A DNA stretch of 64,000 nt from Nostoc sp. DedSLP01. GTDB taxonomy: Bacteria > Cyanobacteriota > Cyanobacteriia > Cyanobacteriales > Nostocaceae. This document shows, piece by piece, positions 60,803 through 64,000 of this stretch (its first letter is position 1; each line of letters opens with the position of its first letter). The position numbers were made by a program, and so were the translations under genes. Under the pieces are notes generated by a model. It was not told where the DNA came from. It saw nothing but the letters and a program-made list of their open reading frames with translations, and did not search any database. The stretch lies in contig JAVRCJ020000014.1 of NCBI GenBank assembly GCA_034530875.2, positions 141,189-205,188 of the forward strand, read 5' to 3'.

Positions 60803-61807
60803 TTATTTTGAATTGGTATTACCTTCTTGTTGATAGCTATGCGGTTTCCGCCGCAACAAAACAAATAAACTACCAACTGTCAATATTCCTAAGATAGTAG
60901 AAGATTCAGGAGTAGAAGCTGGCTTCAATGCTAAAAATGCTAATTCTCCAATTAGCTGATGAGTTGCAGTTGTGGGATGAACTTCATCCAAAAATGAAAA
61001 CTTGTTAACGTCGCATCCAACTGGGTTTGATGAAATGTAAATCTGAACCACTGATAATTTACCAACACAAGAATCAGTAACATTTGTAAAACCAAATCCT
61101 TGGGGATCTGCAATGATGCGATTAAATAAAGAATTAATATCTAAAGGAATAATGTTAACTTCAGGATTTAGTTGCTGATTCAACAAGTTAATAGTTGCAG
61201 TTAAATCAAAATTATGTGCATTTGTAAAACTGCTGAGTATGCTTGCTGTTTGACTATTACCACCTGCAACTGGAAACTTTCCCAAATCTGGTAAGTTAGC
61301 TACCAGAATATTTTCAGCACCCACAGATGCCAGCGAAGTTATTGCTGCGGATAAATTAGCAACCGACTCTGTTGGATTAGGAGTCTTATCAAAAAAGTAC
61401 TTTAGGTAATCATTAGTACCAGCCCAAATAATATAAAGTCCGTTAGGATCGGCAGACTTATTTACTGTTAGAAAGTTATTAATTTGTTGTTTTAATCCTG
61501 GTAATAAACTCAGTCCTAAGTTATCCGTGCCTGTAGTCGAACCACCAATAGCAAAGTCGTTCTTGGGATTGAAATTTAACCCTAAATCAGAGGCCAGATA
61601 TTCTACCCAAACCGGACCATTAGAAAAGCGCCCATTGTAGTAAGTTGGGTTGGGAGGAATAGCTCCATTTGTGTAGTTAAATACGTAACCTGTATCAGAA
61701 AAACTGTCGCCAAAGACATAAATTTCTTTATAATTTTGTGCGACAACTTTGAATGGAAACATCAAAGATAATAGAAAAAAGCCTGTTGCTAGTAATTGTT
61801 TTTGCAT
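60803..61807 (-). CDS. Secreted SGNH/GDSL hydrolase with a PEP-CTERM-like tail
   Basis: FGDSFSD, GRFSNG, WAGTNDY, DEVHPT; TPESSTILG + TM + RRK. Confidence 0.9.
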   Translation of the reverse strand: MQKQLLATGFFLLSLMFPFKVVAQNYKEIYVFGDSFSDTGYVFNYTNGAIPPNPTYYNGRFSNGPVWVEYLASDLGLNFNPKNDFAIGGSTTGTDNLGLSLLPGLKQQINNFLTVNKSADPNGLYIIWAGTNDYLKYFFDKTPNPTESVANLSAAITSLASVGAENILVANLPDLGKFPVAGGNSQTASILSSFTNAHNFDLTATINLLNQQLNPEVNIIPLDINSLFNRIIADPQGFGFTNVTDSCVGKLSVVQIYISSNPVGCDVNKFSFLDEVHPTTATHQLIGELAFLALKPASTPESSTILGILTVGSLFVLLRRKPHSYQQEGNTNSK

Positions 61808-61863
61808 AAAAAATGGAAAATAAGGAAAGTATTAATTAGCTTTTGTCTTTTACGTTTTACTTT

Positions 61864-62096
61864 AGAGGTTGTTTGGAAACTCTGTAGTAGTGTATCAAAA
61901 TTTGTTTACCCCACCCTAACCCTGCCCGATGTATTGGGGTAAAATACGCCGATTCGTAGGGGCGCACAGCTCTCATTAGTGTCAACTTAAGCCTTGGCGA
62001 ATGGAATGAGACTGTTGGCGAATTGATAGGGGGTCTAACCCATCAGCCCCAACCCATATTAATTTCTAGAATTTCAGGCTTCAGTCCATAAGTCCT
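61864..62096. mobile_element. Pile of mobile-element end fragments
   Basis: GAGGTTGTTTGGAAA (as in the che-locus MITEs); half REP GTAGGGGCGCACAGCT interrupted by CATTAGTGTCAACTTAAG; GAGACTGTTGGCGAATT. Confidence 0.5.
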
Positions 62097-62380
62097 AATT
62101 TTGACGATCGCATTTGTTATTTTGGCAGTCACATTTATGATTTTGCGGTCACATTTATGATTTTTGCGATCGCATTTATAATTTTGCGACCGCATTTATG
62201 ATTTTTGCGACCGCATTTATAATTTTGCGACCGCATTTATGATTTTTGTGACCGCATTTATAATTTTGCGACCGCATTTATGATTTTGCGACCACATTTA
62301 TAATTTTTGCGACCGCATTTATGATTTTGTGACCGCATTTATGATTTTTGTAACCGCATTTATGATTTTGCGACCGCATT
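62097..62380. repeat. Tandem array of about 14 units of 20-21 bp, consensus ATTTT(T)GCGACCGCATTTATR
   Basis: Read directly; unit length varies by one T; the leftmost units are degenerate. Confidence 0.96.
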
Positions 62381-62402
62381 CCAAAATTTCAAATCTAAAA
62401 TT

Positions 62403-62466
62403 TTATTATTTGCCATAAATATTTTTGTCAAGAGTAATTGACAAGTATAATTTTATACTTTAATAT
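62403..62466. promoter_or_regulatory. Back-to-back sigma70-type promoter motifs with a palindromic operator
   Basis: Plus strand: TTGACA(62438)-N17-TAATAT(62461). Minus strand: TTGACA(62431-62426)-N17-TAATAA(62408-62403). Palindrome AAGTATAA-TT-TTATACTT at 62443-62460. Confidence 0.7.
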
Positions 62467-62475
62467 TAAAGCATG

Positions 62476-62519
62476 AGAAAGGCGATCGCCCTTTTGGAAG
62501 AGTCCGCGATCGCCTTTCT
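62476..62519 (+). other. 5'-leader hairpin with a 14-bp perfect stem built from two HIP1 sites
   Basis: AGAAAGGCGATCGC-N16-GCGATCGCCTTTCT. Confidence 0.75.
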
Positions 62520-62550
62520 TTAACCCCCACTGTAGGAGTCAATTATCATC

Positions 62551-62847
62551 ATGACACAAGTACAAAAGTTCCAAGAAAATCAAGAGTTCGCTCAAGTACA
62601 GTTGCAACAGTTTTTGGCTAGTGAAGACTTCGATGCACCCACCCTCAAAGAATCTACTCAAAAGCCATTACCAAAAAGAGAACAAATTAAACATATCTTG
62701 ATTGGTTCTCCCAAAGGCGTCACTAGTACAATTAACCGTTTGCACCTAGTTGGCTATGCACACGTTACAGATTGGAGTCAGCTATTACCAACAGCTAATC
62801 CTGATGAGGTGATGAGTATTTTAATCCGTTACCTTTTAATTTCATAA
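62551..62847 (+). CDS. Small hypothetical protein of a family I recall from Nostocales (RE.IKH.LIGSP..V..TI..L...GYA...DWS...PT...GEVMSIL)
   Basis: AGGAG RBS, upstream promoter and downstream palindrome. Confidence 0.8.
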   Translation: MTQVQKFQENQEFAQVQLQQFLASEDFDAPTLKESTQKPLPKREQIKHILIGSPKGVTSTINRLHLVGYAHVTDWSQLLPTANPDEVMSILIRYLLIS

Positions 62848-62851
62848 ATAA

Positions 62852-62882
62852 TGTAGAGACGTTGCATTGCAACGTCTCTACA
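62852..62882. repeat. REP-like palindrome / possible terminator
   Basis: TGTAGAGACGTTGCA-T-TGCAACGTCTCTACA. Confidence 0.8.
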
Positions 62883-63072
62883 AGGATTTTGGTATCATAC
62901 ACAATCGTTTTCATAGAAATCAGCACGCTAATTATTGAATTTCACGAAAATGGCGATCGCCTAAATCCCCCAGTGAATTCAAAAATCAGAATTCACAAGT
63001 AAAACAAGCTTGATATCTGGCTTTAAAACGAATATTTTTGTAATTTAATAACTTGAAAATCGCGGTGTTTAA

Positions 63073-63134
63073 ATCCCCGATTTCTCAAAAAAATCGGGAA
63101 TCTTGTTTCTCACGAATGATTTAGGATTGCTATA
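63073..63134. repeat. Palindromic dispersed repeat, copy of 44857-44920
   Basis: ATCCCCGATTT...AAATCGGGAAT + TCACGAATGATTTAGGATTGCTATA. Confidence 0.75.
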
Positions 63135-63223
63135 TTATTTCATGCCTAATTAAAAAACTATACATTTACGCCTCACTTTGGTTTCAGCAAAATTGGTAAA
63201 ATACACAAAAAACTAATACATGG

Positions 63224-63925
63224 TTGCGGCAAATGCTCCAGCGGCTTTGGCGGTGGCTCAAAAGGTATTTTCAGCGTTTATTTGGCAATCAGCAAACTCG
63301 TCCGTTGAGGGAACACAGGAAAATAGAACCAGCGAAACGGCTAACAGATGCGGAGTATGAATCGTTATTTTTCGAGTTGTTGGCAGAAGTTGAGCTAGGC
63401 TCGACTAAAGGAGAGGTAAAAGCTTTTTTGGATGGAAAGCGCATCAATAAAACTCATTTGGTGGAGTGGTTGCGGAGTTTTGGCGAAAGATTGGTAGATT
63501 CACCGAATGATGAATTGGCAAGCCGAATGGTGCGACTGGGTGAGTTGGGTATTGGGGAAGTTAGTGATGTTGCTTATGAAATTGGGAGGCGGTTGGAGGA
63601 AATAGGAAGGAACCGCACAGGCGCAGAGGATGAGGAGAGAGAAGCAGAAGTAGAAGAAATTACACTTGATGAGTTGTTGATAAGGTTAGAACAGGATGCA
63701 AATTTAGTTCAGCAAGTTGCCCAGCAGTTAGGAATTGAGACAACCGATCCACAAGTAATTATTGAAGCACTGATTAATCAATTTAATGCTGCGGATGATT
63801 CAACGACTAGTGAAGGAGAATTTTGGTTTTACCAAGGCGTTGCTCAACACAAAAGTGGAAATTTTGCTGGTGCGATGGCATCTTACGACAAAGCCATACA
63901 ATTAAAACCTGACTACCACGAAGCT
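63224..63925 (+). pseudogene. TPR-containing protein, apparently interrupted after its first TPR
   Basis: WFYQG......GNFAGAMASYDKAIQLKPDYHEA should continue with W.NRG-like residues but switches to unrelated sequence. Confidence 0.65.
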
Positions 63926-64000
63926 GATACCGTTGGCGAATTCCCCAAACAGCTAAACTGAACCGATTAGTTCAGAAATGAAACGATTGAGAACCTTCTG
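63926..64000. mobile_element. Probable end of an insertion sequence running out of the window
   Basis: GATACCGTTGGCGAATT at the TPR breakpoint matches GAGACTGTTGGCGAATT at 62008-62024 (15/17). Confidence 0.5.

Noticed and set aside
62097..62380. CRISPR array or coding repeat
   Set aside because: No spacers; mixed 20/21-bp units break any reading frame.
1..64000. HIP1 (GCGATCGC) abundance as a novel signal
   Set aside because: A well-known genome-wide feature of cyanobacteria; used only for taxonomic context.

Overview
64-kb chromosomal window from a filamentous, probably heterocyst-forming cyanobacterium (Nostocales-like: dense HIP1 octamer GCGATCGC, heptamer STRR repeats, pgl-fraH synteny). 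The housekeeping genes are ftsH, tmk, dcd, an adk-like gene, rph, pgl, purU and alaS. Accessory loci between them: (i) a tandem-DUF3131 secreted protein + PilZ-less GT2 glucan synthase + PIG-L deacetylase + STAS/PP2C/anti-sigma partner-switch cluster; (ii) a complete methylation-type chemosensory cluster (cheA-cheW-soluble poly-HAMP MCP-cheB-cheR, with divergent cheY-cheC-hybrid kinase); (iii) two c-di-GMP enzymes, an orphan SMI1/KNR4-like immunity gene, a TpsB transporter, a Gld-like ABC operon, a lipoxygenase and two decayed toxin-antitoxin loci. Intergenic DNA is rich in MITEs and REP-like palindromes. Two spacer-less tandem arrays are present: 14 x 21 bp inside the che operon, and 14 x 20/21 bp next to a divergent promoter pair and a small conserved gene. 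I recognised no rRNA, tRNA, CRISPR array or intact transposase. All product calls come from motif recognition by eye, not from database searches.
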